Below, in pieces: positions 27,346 through 36,332 of a stretch of 48,253 nucleotides of DNA. Every line of letters begins with the position of its first letter. The first letter of the stretch is position 1. Origin of the DNA: Minisyncoccota bacterium (GTDB lineage: Bacteria > Patescibacteriota > Minisyncoccia > Phycocordibacterales > UBA9973); assembly GCA_036517375.1 (NCBI GenBank), contig DATDWM010000021.1, positions 1 through 48,253 of the forward strand, written 5' to 3'. The notes under the pieces were generated by a model. The model saw only the letters and a list, made by a program, of their open reading frames with translations. It did not search any database and was not told the DNA's origin. The position numbers were made by a program, and so were the translations under genes.

Positions 27346-27681
27346 ATGTCCACGCAAAAGGAAACAGTTGAATTCATAATGGCTAAACTAGGGCGGGCCC
27401 CGAGGTTTTCGGTGCGGGCTATGTTTGGTGAATATGCTTTGTATGCTGACGGCAAAGTTGTGGGACTCATATGCAATGATCAGCTTTATGTAAAAATATT
27501 ACCAAAGTCAAGGGAGCTCGAAGATATTTGTGAAAAGGATGAAGCGTATCCGGGCTCTAGGAAGTTTTATGTGGTGGAAGAAGGGGAATTATCAAAATTA
27601 AAAAATCTGCCAGACATACTTTTAAATATTGCAAAGTCCTTGCCTGCTCCGAAAAAGAAAAAACCTAAAATAAAGAAATAG
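27346..27681 (+). CDS. TfoX N-terminal-domain protein with Lys-rich tail
   Basis: MFGEYALYADGKVVGLICNDQLYVK is typical of TfoX_N. TATAAT (27331-27336) lies 9 nt before the ATG. Confidence 0.6.
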   Translation: MSTQKETVEFIMAKLGRAPRFSVRAMFGEYALYADGKVVGLICNDQLYVKILPKSRELEDICEKDEAYPGSRKFYVVEEGELSKLKNLPDILLNIAKSLPAPKKKKPKIKK

Positions 27682-27685
27682 AAAT

Positions 27686-27716
27686 AAAGGCCCCGAGTGG
27701 GGGCTTTTAATTTTTT
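27686..27716 (+). terminator. Intrinsic terminator (copy 1 of a near-identical pair)
   Basis: AAAGGCCCC-GAGTG-GGGGCTTTTAATTTT. Confidence 0.75.
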
Positions 27717-27796
27717 ATATATTAGGTATAATACTAAATGTAAGTGATCTTCAAAATGCTCGCGTATCCAACCGCGAGAGAAAGGGGGTAAAATCC

Positions 27797-28036
27797 ATGA
27801 ACAGACAGAAGAAAAGCGGCCGCTTTTCGTTCCCCGTCAAGAACGAGGACTTCAGAGTCTCGAGCTACAGCGATCCAGGTGGCATCATCAAGACCTGCGT
27901 CGAAGTGGCGGTGAAGCCTGAAGGTGTTGCCATCCGGGACAGCAAGAACCCGAACAGTCCCGTACTCTACTTCACGCACGAAGAGATGGCGGCCTTCAAG
28001 CAAGGCCTCGTGAGCGGCGAGTTCGACAGGGCCTGA
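27797..28036 (+). CDS. DUF397-domain protein (79 aa) on GC-rich island 2
   Basis: Hallmarks CVEVA...VAIRDSKNP..PVLYFT..E..AF..G...GEFD. RBS AAAGGGGGT lies 7 nt upstream. 63 of 79 codons end in G/C (hand count). Confidence 0.8.
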   Translation: MNRQKKSGRFSFPVKNEDFRVSSYSDPGGIIKTCVEVAVKPEGVAIRDSKNPNSPVLYFTHEEMAAFKQGLVSGEFDRA

Positions 28037-28088
28037 AGAGTGTATGCTTATCTCGTAAGTCGAGTACGACAATCTCGGCACCCACGTA

Positions 28089-28137
28089 ACGGACCGTACA
28101 GCTGCAAGCTGTCCGGTCCGTGAGTACTTCTACTCAC
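28089..28137 (+). terminator. Two overlapping GC-rich hairpins downstream of the DUF397 gene (no clear U tract)
   Basis: ACGGACCGTACAGC-TGCAA-GCTGTCCGGTCCGT (13 bp, 1 mismatch), then GTGAGTA-CTTC-TACTCAC. Confidence 0.4.
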
Positions 28138-28215
28138 ATTGCAGACTTTACGTTAAGTATTTGGTACAATTATATAAAGGCCGAGATTATTAATTTAATT
28201 GTTTATATATTTAAT

Positions 28216-28371
28216 ATGCAAAATTATCAAAAAGGAAATACCAATACTGTCTTGATTGTAGTCGTACTTTTGCTTCTTGTTGGTTTCGGAGTATGGTGGT
28301 TCACCATGCGCAACGAAGCAGTAGATAATGATGGAGGAGTAAACATACAGCTAGGTGGGGATAGTCAATAG
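28216..28371 (+). CDS. Small single-pass membrane protein (51 aa)
   Basis: MQNYQKGNTNTVLIVVVLLLLVGFGVWWF... Start chosen at the first Met before the TM helix; the ORF track begins at 28120 inside the upstream hairpin. Confidence 0.45.
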   Translation: MQNYQKGNTNTVLIVVVLLLLVGFGVWWFTMRNEAVDNDGGVNIQLGGDSQ

Positions 28372-28398
28372 TAGGAGTTAAGTTTATGTTCTAAAAAT

Positions 28399-28428
28399 TA
28401 AAGGCCCCTTAGTGGGGCTTTTAATTTT
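28399..28428 (+). terminator. Intrinsic terminator (copy 2 of the near-identical pair)
   Basis: AAAGGCCCC-TTAGT-GGGGCTTTTAATTTT. Confidence 0.75.
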
Positions 28429-28437
28429 GTACTTTTC

Positions 28438-28446
28438 TGGTACAAT
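28438..28446 (+). promoter_or_regulatory. Extended -10 TGgTACAAT, 8 nt before ATG 28455
   Basis: The same TGGTACAAT motif also occurs at 28155-28163. Confidence 0.5.
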
Positions 28447-28454
28447 TTATATAT

Positions 28455-30506
28455 ATGGATCTGCCGCAAATACCTATCAATAGAGAGATAACTTATCTGG
28501 GCATTACTACCTATCGGGACAAGAACCAACTCTTCGGCATCAAGCGCAAGGACAGGCGTCAGCATGTTTATATTTTAGGAAAGTCTGGTACTGGTAAGTC
28601 CGTGCTCATGTTCAACATGATCATTCAAAATATTATAAACGGTGAAGGCGTTTGCGTAGTGGACCCGCACGGGGAGCTAGTCGAGGGTGTACTCTCTGCT
28701 ATTCCGCCGCACCGCATGAAGGACGTAATTTATTTTAATCCCGCGGATACGGACTTCCACATTGGATTTAACGTGCTAGAGCTAGTGGATCCGCAGTACA
28801 AGCACTTAGTGGCTTCTGGACTCATGGGAATCTTTACGAAGATCTGGGCCAATGCCTGGTCCGCCCGAATGGAATATATTTTAAATAACTGTATTTTAGC
28901 CTTGCTCGATACTCCTGGCACCACACTCCTAGGTATTCCTCGAATGCTGGTGGATAAGGATTACCGCCAGAAAATAATTTCTAATTTGAAAGATCCGGTG
29001 ATAAAGGCCTTCTGGGTGCATGAGTATGAAGCCTGGCAGGATAAATTTCGAAATGAAGCCATCGCGCCGATTCAAAACAAAGTAGGTCAATTCCTCTCTA
29101 CTTCAATCATTCGAAACGTGGTGGGCCAGTCCAAGAGCACCATCAACATTTTCGACATTATGAACGAGAGCAAGATTTTCCTAGTTAACGTCTCTAAGGG
29201 GCGCATCGGGGAGGACAACTCTGGGCTACTAGGCGGAATGATAATTACTAAAGTCCAGCTCGCAGCTATGGAGCGTGTGCGTATACCAGAAGAAATTCGA
29301 AAGGACTTCTATTTATATGTGGACGAATTCCAGAACTTCGTGACGGACGCCTTTGCGGGGATTTTATCTGAGGCTCGTAAGTATCGCTTGAACCTGACGG
29401 TGGCGCACCAGTACACGGCTCAGCTTATCTCCGACAAGAGCTCAGCTGTGCGTGATGCTGTCTTCGGCAACGTGGGTACGATGATAATTTTCCGAGTGGG
29501 TGCAGACGATGCGGACTTTTTAGAAAAAGAGTTCGAGCCGGAATTTACTCCGCAAGACATTGTGAACTTGCCGAACTATAAAATATACCTGAAGCTCATG
29601 ATAGAAGGCGTTACGTCTAGGCCTTTTTCCGCTAAGACTCTACCGGCGATGGTAAAGTCTGGCAATAAAGAAGTGGAGGACGAAGTTATCCGTTCTTCGC
29701 GTGAGTTGTACTGTCTGCCGAAAGACGTTATTGAGCGAGAAATAAACAACTGGAGCGGGATGTCTTTAGGCAACGAGAGTGACGTCACGAGTAGTAGTGT
29801 GGAGAGATTTAAAGCAGTGTGTTCGAATTGTGATAAGGAAACCACCGTACCCTTTGCGCCTACGCCTGGCCGGCCGGTGTACTGCAAGGAATGCATGGAG
29901 AAAATAAAATCCGGAGAACTTAAGGTGAAAGGATCTGTCAAAGAAATCAAAATGGATGAAGGCAGATTTTACAAACCTTTGGCAGACTTAGGAATAGAAT
30001 TTGCGCAGAAGGATGCCGACGGAGAGAAGATAGTGCGAATGCCAATGCCAGATAAACCGAAAGTGGTAAGTAGCGTAATGAATAAATTTAAGCCGCCAGT
30101 CAAGAAAGAAAATTTTGCGCTCCGGGATATTTTAAATAAAATTACGAGCGCGGGTGGGACCCCGCCGCCTTCAGTAGCGAAAGTAGTTACTCCGGTGCTT
30201 GCTCCAGCACCTGCGGCTATTTCCCTGGGAGATTTGAAAAATAAAGTTAAAACAGAAATCCCAAAGGATCGCGCGGCAAGCCATGCAGATATGAATAAGC
30301 TTAAAGATTTAATTCAAGAAAAAACCTTATCTACTTCTCCCGTGGCCCCGCCCGCTGTGCAAGCCCAAGCTCAAGTAGAAACTCCACCGCCACCAAACAT
30401 TCCAACTCCTCAAGCTCCTCCTAAAACTCCGCCCTCCGCGAGCAACGGGACGAGTAAAGTGAAAGAAGTCCCAGAAGATGTATTGAAGAAGATACTCGAA
30501 GAGTAA
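28455..30506 (+). CDS. TraD/VirD4-like (FtsK-HerA superfamily) P-loop NTPase A1 with CxxC-x17-CxxC ribbon and Pro-rich tail
   Basis: Walker A GKSGTGKS, Walker B FYLYVDEFQNF, and SEARKYRLNLTVAHQY. C-terminal CSNC-DKETTVPFAPTPGRPVY-CKEC, then a low-complexity P/A/Q tail. Confidence 0.75.
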   Translation: MDLPQIPINREITYLGITTYRDKNQLFGIKRKDRRQHVYILGKSGTGKSVLMFNMIIQNIINGEGVCVVDPHGELVEGVLSAIPPHRMKDVIYFNPADTDFHIGFNVLELVDPQYKHLVASGLMGIFTKIWANAWSARMEYILNNCILALLDTPGTTLLGIPRMLVDKDYRQKIISNLKDPVIKAFWVHEYEAWQDKFRNEAIAPIQNKVGQFLSTSIIRNVVGQSKSTINIFDIMNESKIFLVNVSKGRIGEDNSGLLGGMIITKVQLAAMERVRIPEEIRKDFYLYVDEFQNFVTDAFAGILSEARKYRLNLTVAHQYTAQLISDKSSAVRDAVFGNVGTMIIFRVGADDADFLEKEFEPEFTPQDIVNLPNYKIYLKLMIEGVTSRPFSAKTLPAMVKSGNKEVEDEVIRSSRELYCLPKDVIEREINNWSGMSLGNESDVTSSSVERFKAVCSNCDKETTVPFAPTPGRPVYCKECMEKIKSGELKVKGSVKEIKMDEGRFYKPLADLGIEFAQKDADGEKIVRMPMPDKPKVVSSVMNKFKPPVKKENFALRDILNKITSAGGTPPPSVAKVVTPVLAPAPAAISLGDLKNKVKTEIPKDRAASHADMNKLKDLIQEKTLSTSPVAPPAVQAQAQVETPPPPNIPTPQAPPKTPPSASNGTSKVKEVPEDVLKKILEE

Positions 30507-32251
30507 TGAAACAGGAAATAAAAAACTGTCAGAATTGCAAACTAGACTTCACGATAGAACCGGAGGATTTTAATTTCTACGAAAAAATAAAGGTTCCGCC
30601 TCCGACATTTTGTCCACAGTGTCGGGTTATGCGCAGATTAACTTGGCGCAACGAGCGTTCCTTGTATCACAATGTTTGCGCCCTTTCGGGCAAGAAAATA
30701 ATTTCCATGTTTTCACCAGAAACTAAACTAGTGGTTTACGATCGAGATATTTGGTGGAGCGACAAATGGGATCCATTTGATTATGGGCAAGACTACAACT
30801 TCTCTAAGCCATTTTTCCAGCAATTTAAGGAGCTCCTAGAAAGGGTGCCACTTGCCAACTTAGGTAATACCAATATGGTAAATAGTGATTATGCCAATCA
30901 TAGTTTGGATTGCCGTAATTGTTATTTGATATATGCTTCCACATGGAATGAAAATGTATCTTACTCTACAGGAGTAATGCGTACGAAAGACTCCATGGAT
31001 CTTTATAAAGTTCAGAATTCAGAACGATGCTATGAAGATGTTTTAAATGCTAGCCTTTTCAACACTCATTTTAGTTACGATAGTGATGAATGTATTGATT
31101 CCATGTTCCTAACTTCATGCCTTGGGCTAAATAACTGTTTGGGTTGCGTGAACTTACGTCATAAAAAATACTGTATTTTTAATCAGCAGTATTCAAAAGA
31201 AGATTACGAAAGAGTCCGAGAAACCTATGACTTAGGTAGCTACATAGGTCTGGAGAAATTTAAGCCGGAGTATGCAGAATTTCTAAGTAAACAATTTAGG
31301 AGATATGCTTTTATCTACAAATCTATAAATGTTACAGGAGACAATGTTATGAACTCTAGAAACTGTAAAATGGTATTTGATATTTTTGAAGAAGCTGAGA
31401 ACTCTAAATACCTTTATCATGGCGGATACGGAATTAAAGAAAGCTATGATGGATATGGAACCGGCCTCAGAACAGAATTTTTATATGAAAGCGTGGATAC
31501 AGGTCTAGATGGTTCAAGGCAACTCTTCTCCATTCTTAATCATAGCTGTTTAGAAACTCACTATACTTATATGTGTTATGGTGCCAAATTCTTATTTGGT
31601 TGCGTGGGAGTTCGAGACCATGATTACTCTATTTTAAATAAAAAATATACTAGAGAAGAGTACAAGGAACTTCTACCTAAGGTCGTACAGCACATGAATG
31701 ACATGCCATATGTTGATGAGCAGGGTAGAGTCTATAAATACGGAGAGTTCTTCCCGATGGAACTTTCACCATTTGCTTATAATGAAACCATTTTGCAAGA
31801 ATATTACCCATTAGATAAAAAAAGAGTAAAAGAATATGGTTTAAAATTAAAAGAAAAAGAGCACAGAGATTATAAAATTGAAGTAAAAACAGATGACTTA
31901 CCGGACCATATCAAGGACACTCCAGAGAGTATTGTGGGTAAAGTAATAGAATGCATACACAAAGGTGAGTGTGAAGAGCAGTGCACAGAAGCATTTAAAA
32001 TCAGGCCGGAAGAATTGCAATTTCTTAAAAAAATAAATGTAGCTCTGCCCCGCCTTTGTCCCAATTGTAGACATTTTGCAAGATTAAAACAAAGAAACCC
32101 TATGAAACTTTGGCACCGTCAGTGCATGTGCGACAAGACTAGTCATCAGCACGGAGAAGCAAGGTGCCAAGTGGAATTTGAAACAAGCTATGCTCCGGAG
32201 AGGCCGGAGATAATTTATTGTGAAAAGTGTTATCAGAAAGAGGTGTATTAA
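30506..32251 (+). CDS. Cys-rich multi-zinc-ribbon protein, paralog B1 (581 aa)
   Basis: The ATG shares one base with the A1 stop (TAATG). Same architecture as 22944-24674; ends ...C-x17-CEKCYQKEVY. Confidence 0.8.
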   Translation: MKQEIKNCQNCKLDFTIEPEDFNFYEKIKVPPPTFCPQCRVMRRLTWRNERSLYHNVCALSGKKIISMFSPETKLVVYDRDIWWSDKWDPFDYGQDYNFSKPFFQQFKELLERVPLANLGNTNMVNSDYANHSLDCRNCYLIYASTWNENVSYSTGVMRTKDSMDLYKVQNSERCYEDVLNASLFNTHFSYDSDECIDSMFLTSCLGLNNCLGCVNLRHKKYCIFNQQYSKEDYERVRETYDLGSYIGLEKFKPEYAEFLSKQFRRYAFIYKSINVTGDNVMNSRNCKMVFDIFEEAENSKYLYHGGYGIKESYDGYGTGLRTEFLYESVDTGLDGSRQLFSILNHSCLETHYTYMCYGAKFLFGCVGVRDHDYSILNKKYTREEYKELLPKVVQHMNDMPYVDEQGRVYKYGEFFPMELSPFAYNETILQEYYPLDKKRVKEYGLKLKEKEHRDYKIEVKTDDLPDHIKDTPESIVGKVIECIHKGECEEQCTEAFKIRPEELQFLKKINVALPRLCPNCRHFARLKQRNPMKLWHRQCMCDKTSHQHGEARCQVEFETSYAPERPEIIYCEKCYQKEVY

Positions 32252-32254
32252 ATA

Positions 32255-32263
32255 TGTTATAAT
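32255..32263 (+). promoter_or_regulatory. Extended -10 TGtTATAAT, 11 nt before ATG 32275
   Basis: Perfect TGnTATAAT in the 23-bp B1/A2 spacer. No SD. Confidence 0.5.
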
Positions 32264-32274
32264 ATAACGACGTT

Positions 32275-33741
32275 ATGCCTAAGCCAAATCGAGTCCAGAT
32301 AATAAAATACGCTCCGCCACCACCAGAACTTCCAGTTTTTGGGAAAGTAAAACCCGAGGACGTTTCTTTTATTGGCCGGACGAATTACGTGGCATCGCTC
32401 GAAGAAAAGAAATTTATTTTCGGCATAAAGCGCGTGGACCGTCGCAGACACCTTTATATCATCGGTAAGTCCGGAGTCGGGAAGACCAAGCTTCTAGAGC
32501 TTTTCATCCGCCAAGACGTGAGCTACGGACATGGATTGTGCCTAATTGACCCGCACGGAGACGTGATAGATGCCATGCTTGACTACATACCGAGGGAGCG
32601 CATAGAAGACGTGTGTATCATTGATCCCTCCGACATTGATTTCCCAGCTTCTTTCAATCCTCTCGCGAACGTAGACCCCATGTTTAAATTCCAGCTCACT
32701 CAGGGGCTCATAGAAGTCTTCCAGAAACAGTTCGGCGCCAACTGGACTCCGCGCCTGGAGCACGTTTTCCGCTTTACGTGTCTGGCGCTCCTCGACTATC
32801 CGCATGCTACTATGCGCGGCATGATTTCAATGCTGACTGATCGAAACTATCGCCAGAAGGTAGTAGAGTACATTACAGACGACATGGTAAAAAGATTCTT
32901 CGCTATCGAATTCGCCGACTGGTCCGAGAAGTTCGACACTGATGCTATCATTCCATTGGTGAACAAGCTCGGACAATTCCTCTCGGATCCGCTTCTCCGT
33001 AACATCTTCGGACAGAAAGAAAACAAAATAGACGTAAGTAAACTCATGAACGAAAAGAAAATAATTTTCATCAATCTCTCGAAGGGTCGCCTAGGGGAGG
33101 AGAATTCGTCTTTCTTGGGTTCTATGTTTCTGACTAAAATAAAACAAGCTGGTATGGAGCGCGCGGCCATTCCAGAGAAAGATCGAGTAGATTTTTATCT
33201 TTATGTGGACGAGTTTCAGAACGTGGTAACGCAGACATTTGAAAATATTTTATCCGAAGCTCGCAAATACGGACTCAACTTAACCATCGCGCATCAGTAC
33301 GTGGGACAAATTCTTCAGAAGGTGCATCAGGCGGTATTAGGAAACGTGGGCTCTGTTATAACCTTCCGGGTGGGTGGGGAAGACGCAGTAAAATTGAAGC
33401 CAGAATTCTCCCCAGTCTTCGACGTGAAAGATATGATCAACCTAGCGGTAACGGAATTCTATATTAAAATGACTATTGATGGAGAGTCTTATGATCCATT
33501 TTCCGCAGAGACACTTCGAGTTCTGCCACCACCTCATGCTTCGTACCGGGAGGAAGTAATTGCTTCCTCACGCCAAAAATATTCTATCCCGAAGGATGCG
33601 GCCGCGAAGCTTATTGCTGAAGAAGAATCAACTATTATCCGCAGCGCGGAGGAGAAGTCTATCATTGAAGGTAAAGGCAAGAAAGGGCAAGATTCAGAGG
33701 ACAAAAAAGAGGATAGCCTTGAAGCGGAACCTATGATATAA
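32275..33741 (+). CDS. TraD/VirD4-like P-loop NTPase A2 (paralog of A1, no zinc ribbon)
   Basis: Walker A GKSGVGKT, Walker B FYLYVDEFQNV, and SEARKYGLNLTIAHQY. Acidic/Lys-rich C-terminus. Confidence 0.75.
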   Translation: MPKPNRVQIIKYAPPPPELPVFGKVKPEDVSFIGRTNYVASLEEKKFIFGIKRVDRRRHLYIIGKSGVGKTKLLELFIRQDVSYGHGLCLIDPHGDVIDAMLDYIPRERIEDVCIIDPSDIDFPASFNPLANVDPMFKFQLTQGLIEVFQKQFGANWTPRLEHVFRFTCLALLDYPHATMRGMISMLTDRNYRQKVVEYITDDMVKRFFAIEFADWSEKFDTDAIIPLVNKLGQFLSDPLLRNIFGQKENKIDVSKLMNEKKIIFINLSKGRLGEENSSFLGSMFLTKIKQAGMERAAIPEKDRVDFYLYVDEFQNVVTQTFENILSEARKYGLNLTIAHQYVGQILQKVHQAVLGNVGSVITFRVGGEDAVKLKPEFSPVFDVKDMINLAVTEFYIKMTIDGESYDPFSAETLRVLPPPHASYREEVIASSRQKYSIPKDAAAKLIAEEESTIIRSAEEKSIIEGKGKKGQDSEDKKEDSLEAEPMI

Positions 33742-33742
33742 T
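33734..33742 (+). promoter_or_regulatory. Extended -10 TGaTATAAT, 6 nt before the dnaJ ATG
   Basis: Lies in the last codons of A2. AGGTAG follows, then ATG 33749. Confidence 0.55.
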
Positions 33743-33748
33743 AGGTAG

Positions 33749-34822
33749 ATGAGTAAAGACTATTATGGAGTTCTGGGCGTTAATAAAGAGGCTTCCAAGG
33801 ACGAAATAAAGAAGGCCTTTTATAAGCTGGCGCATAAATATCATCCTGACAAAAAGGATGGCGACGAGGCTAAATTCAAGGAAGTAAACGAGGCCTATCA
33901 AGTGCTCTCGGATGAAGACAAGCGCTCTAAGTATGACCAATTCGGTAGCGCCGACGCACAAGGCTTTGGTGGCTCGCAGTCTGGATTTGAGGGCTTCGAC
34001 TTCTCTGGATTTCAGAATGGTGGGGCGGACTTTGACTTTGGAAATTTAAATGACATTTTTAGTGATTTCTTTGGTGGGGGCGGAGGTAGAACTCAAGCGC
34101 GCCGTGGACGAGACATTTCTACTGAAATTCAGATTTCTTTTTCGGATGCAATTTTCGGTACAAATCGCAAAATTTTAATTACCAAAACTTCTAATTGTGT
34201 TACCTGTAACGGCTCCGGGGCCAAGCAAGGCTCTAAGATGGAGACGTGTAAGTCATGTAACGGCCAGGGGCAGATCCGGGAGATGAAGCGTACCATCCTA
34301 GGTAGTATCTCGAGCACCAAGGTGTGTGAGAGCTGTCATGGGAAAGGAGAAGTGCCAAAGGAGATTTGTGAAAAGTGTAAAGGCAAAGGCGTGCTCCGCC
34401 AGGAGGAAGAAATTTCCATCGTGGTACCAGCTGGAATTCGGGATGGTGAGATGATCCGGATGACCGGACACGGGGAGGCAGTGTCACACGGAACCTCGGG
34501 CGACCTTTATATCAAAATAAATGTAGCTCCACATGCAATGTTTAAGCGTGATGGGCATGACTTGGTGATGAATTTAAACTTAAAACTCTCAGACGCTCTT
34601 CTAGGAACAAAGCATAAAGTTGAAACTCTAGATGGGGAGATAGAAGTAACAATTCCCGAGGGCGTATCAATCAATGAAATTCTCCGCGTCCGCGGCAAGG
34701 GTGTGCCAGTGTCAAAAAATAAAAGAGGCGACCTCTTAATAAAACTCAATATCAAACTCCCTAGCAAGCTGTCCAAGAAATCTCGCGAGCTCATCGAAGA
34801 GATGAAAAAAGAAGGAATATAA
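33749..34822 (+). CDS. dnaJ: Co-chaperone DnaJ (Hsp40, type I)
   Basis: J-domain with HPD (KYHPDK), a G/F region, and four CxxCxGxG zinc motifs. Confidence 0.95.
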   Translation: MSKDYYGVLGVNKEASKDEIKKAFYKLAHKYHPDKKDGDEAKFKEVNEAYQVLSDEDKRSKYDQFGSADAQGFGGSQSGFEGFDFSGFQNGGADFDFGNLNDIFSDFFGGGGGRTQARRGRDISTEIQISFSDAIFGTNRKILITKTSNCVTCNGSGAKQGSKMETCKSCNGQGQIREMKRTILGSISSTKVCESCHGKGEVPKEICEKCKGKGVLRQEEEISIVVPAGIRDGEMIRMTGHGEAVSHGTSGDLYIKINVAPHAMFKRDGHDLVMNLNLKLSDALLGTKHKVETLDGEIEVTIPEGVSINEILRVRGKGVPVSKNKRGDLLIKLNIKLPSKLSKKSRELIEEMKKEGI

Positions 34823-34823
34823 A

Positions 34824-35417
34824 ATGATTCCGGATAAAATAATTTTCTTTGCACTATCACTCAACCTGCTTGGGCATATCTTATATATTCGCAGTGTAAT
34901 TCGAGGACAGGCGAAACCAAATCTTGCATCTTGGATTCCGTGGATGCTGGCACCACTTGTTGGTGTTTTTTTTCAGCTGAAGGCTGGAGCTGGGCTTTCT
35001 GTCTTACCTGTCTTTATGGCAGGCTTTGGGCCGATGATTATCATAATCGCTGCTCTTTTGTCTAAAAACTCTCTTTGGAAATTGAAAACTATAGATTTAT
35101 TTTGCTTTGGTTTTTCTATCTTTGCTTTAGTACTTTATGTTTTAACTCACAACTTAGCTTTATCAATTATTTTTGCAATACTTAGCGACGCCCTCGCTTT
35201 TATTCCAACGTATATCAAAGCCTGGAAATTTCCAGAATCAGAATCTGTGCATGCTTATTCCTGGGCTATTCTCTCAAATATTATTGGGTTACTAATTATA
35301 AGAGAATGGATTTTTACCATTTATTCTTTCGGAATTTATTTAGTAGTGGCAAACGGAATCTTTGTTTTGATTTTATACAGAAGAAAGCTTTTCTCTAAAT
35401 TTCTCCGCAATTATTGA
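34824..35417 (+). CDS. Polytopic membrane protein, unknown function
   Basis: About six hydrophobic helices. No family recognised. Confidence 0.5.
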   Translation: MIPDKIIFFALSLNLLGHILYIRSVIRGQAKPNLASWIPWMLAPLVGVFFQLKAGAGLSVLPVFMAGFGPMIIIIAALLSKNSLWKLKTIDLFCFGFSIFALVLYVLTHNLALSIIFAILSDALAFIPTYIKAWKFPESESVHAYSWAILSNIIGLLIIREWIFTIYSFGIYLVVANGIFVLILYRRKLFSKFLRNY

Positions 35418-36269
35418 GTACACGAGTTGCGCGACGCTGTATTCAGTGAGCACGGAGCCTTGCATCGGGGAGACTTCTACAATGTCTGCGCCAATTAATT
35501 CTTTTTTATTTATTGCTTCCGTAATTAACTCCACACCATATTCCCAAGTAAGTCCTCCTGGTACCGGAGTGCCAGTGCCGGGCATAACGCTCGGGTCAAA
35601 TCCATCCGTGTCTATGGAAATGTAGAGGTATTTTGTTTTAATGCTTTTTATAATTTCTTTAATAGTTGGAATTTTCTTGTTATTACCCCACTCAAAGACA
35701 GTAATATTGTTTGCCTTGTTGTTGAAGTATTTGTATTCATCTTCGTGATACGTCCTTATGCCTACCTGTATAATTTTATAACCAAGCTCGCTCGCTCGGC
35801 GCATCACCGTCGAGTGAGCTAATGGGGAAGGAGTTTCACTGTAGTCGCTGTCATCATTCCGGAGGTCGCAGTGCGCGTCAATTAGTAAAATAGTTACATC
35901 TTCTGGCGGGTACTTTTTAGCTAAAGCTTGTAAGTGCCCCGTTGAAACGGAATGCTCGCCCCCTAATAGCAAAATGAATTTATTATCTCTGATTAATTCT
36001 TCACAAGTACCTTTAATTTTATTAAGTGTTTCTTCTGGGGACAGGCTCTCCAGATTCCCTAGGTCTTGGTGCGCAGTTAAAACGCGATCATTTACATTAA
36101 CTTTGAATTTTCTATCGAAGAATTCTATTTGGGTATCTAGGCAGGCAACGACTTTAGCGGGACCATTAACAGTTCCTTTGTGGCTTGAGGCGGTCTTCTC
36201 GTAGGCTGCGGATACCAAGATCACATCTGACCCTTTTATATTTTTTGTATTTATGATACTCTTTATCAT
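35373..36269 (-). CDS. Ureohydrolase-family enzyme (agmatinase/arginase-like)
   Basis: Mn-binding motifs GGEHSVS, DAHCDL and SIDTDGFDP. Convergent 45-nt overlap with the preceding gene. Confidence 0.8.
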   Translation of the reverse strand: MIKSIINTKNIKGSDVILVSAAYEKTASSHKGTVNGPAKVVACLDTQIEFFDRKFKVNVNDRVLTAHQDLGNLESLSPEETLNKIKGTCEELIRDNKFILLLGGEHSVSTGHLQALAKKYPPEDVTILLIDAHCDLRNDDSDYSETPSPLAHSTVMRRASELGYKIIQVGIRTYHEDEYKYFNNKANNITVFEWGNNKKIPTIKEIIKSIKTKYLYISIDTDGFDPSVMPGTGTPVPGGLTWEYGVELITEAINKKELIGADIVEVSPMQGSVLTEYSVAQLVYSIIAEKFREKLSSV

Positions 36270-36332
36270 ATTATTTATAATAGTATCATTTTCCCTTTTT
36301 AATGCAAAGGAGAGGTGAGTAAATTATTTTTT

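Noticed and set aside
27734-28081. 115-aa minus-strand ORF opposite the DUF397 gene
   Set aside because: The plus-strand product matches a known domain family motif by motif. The minus ORF has no RBS and is the antisense shadow.
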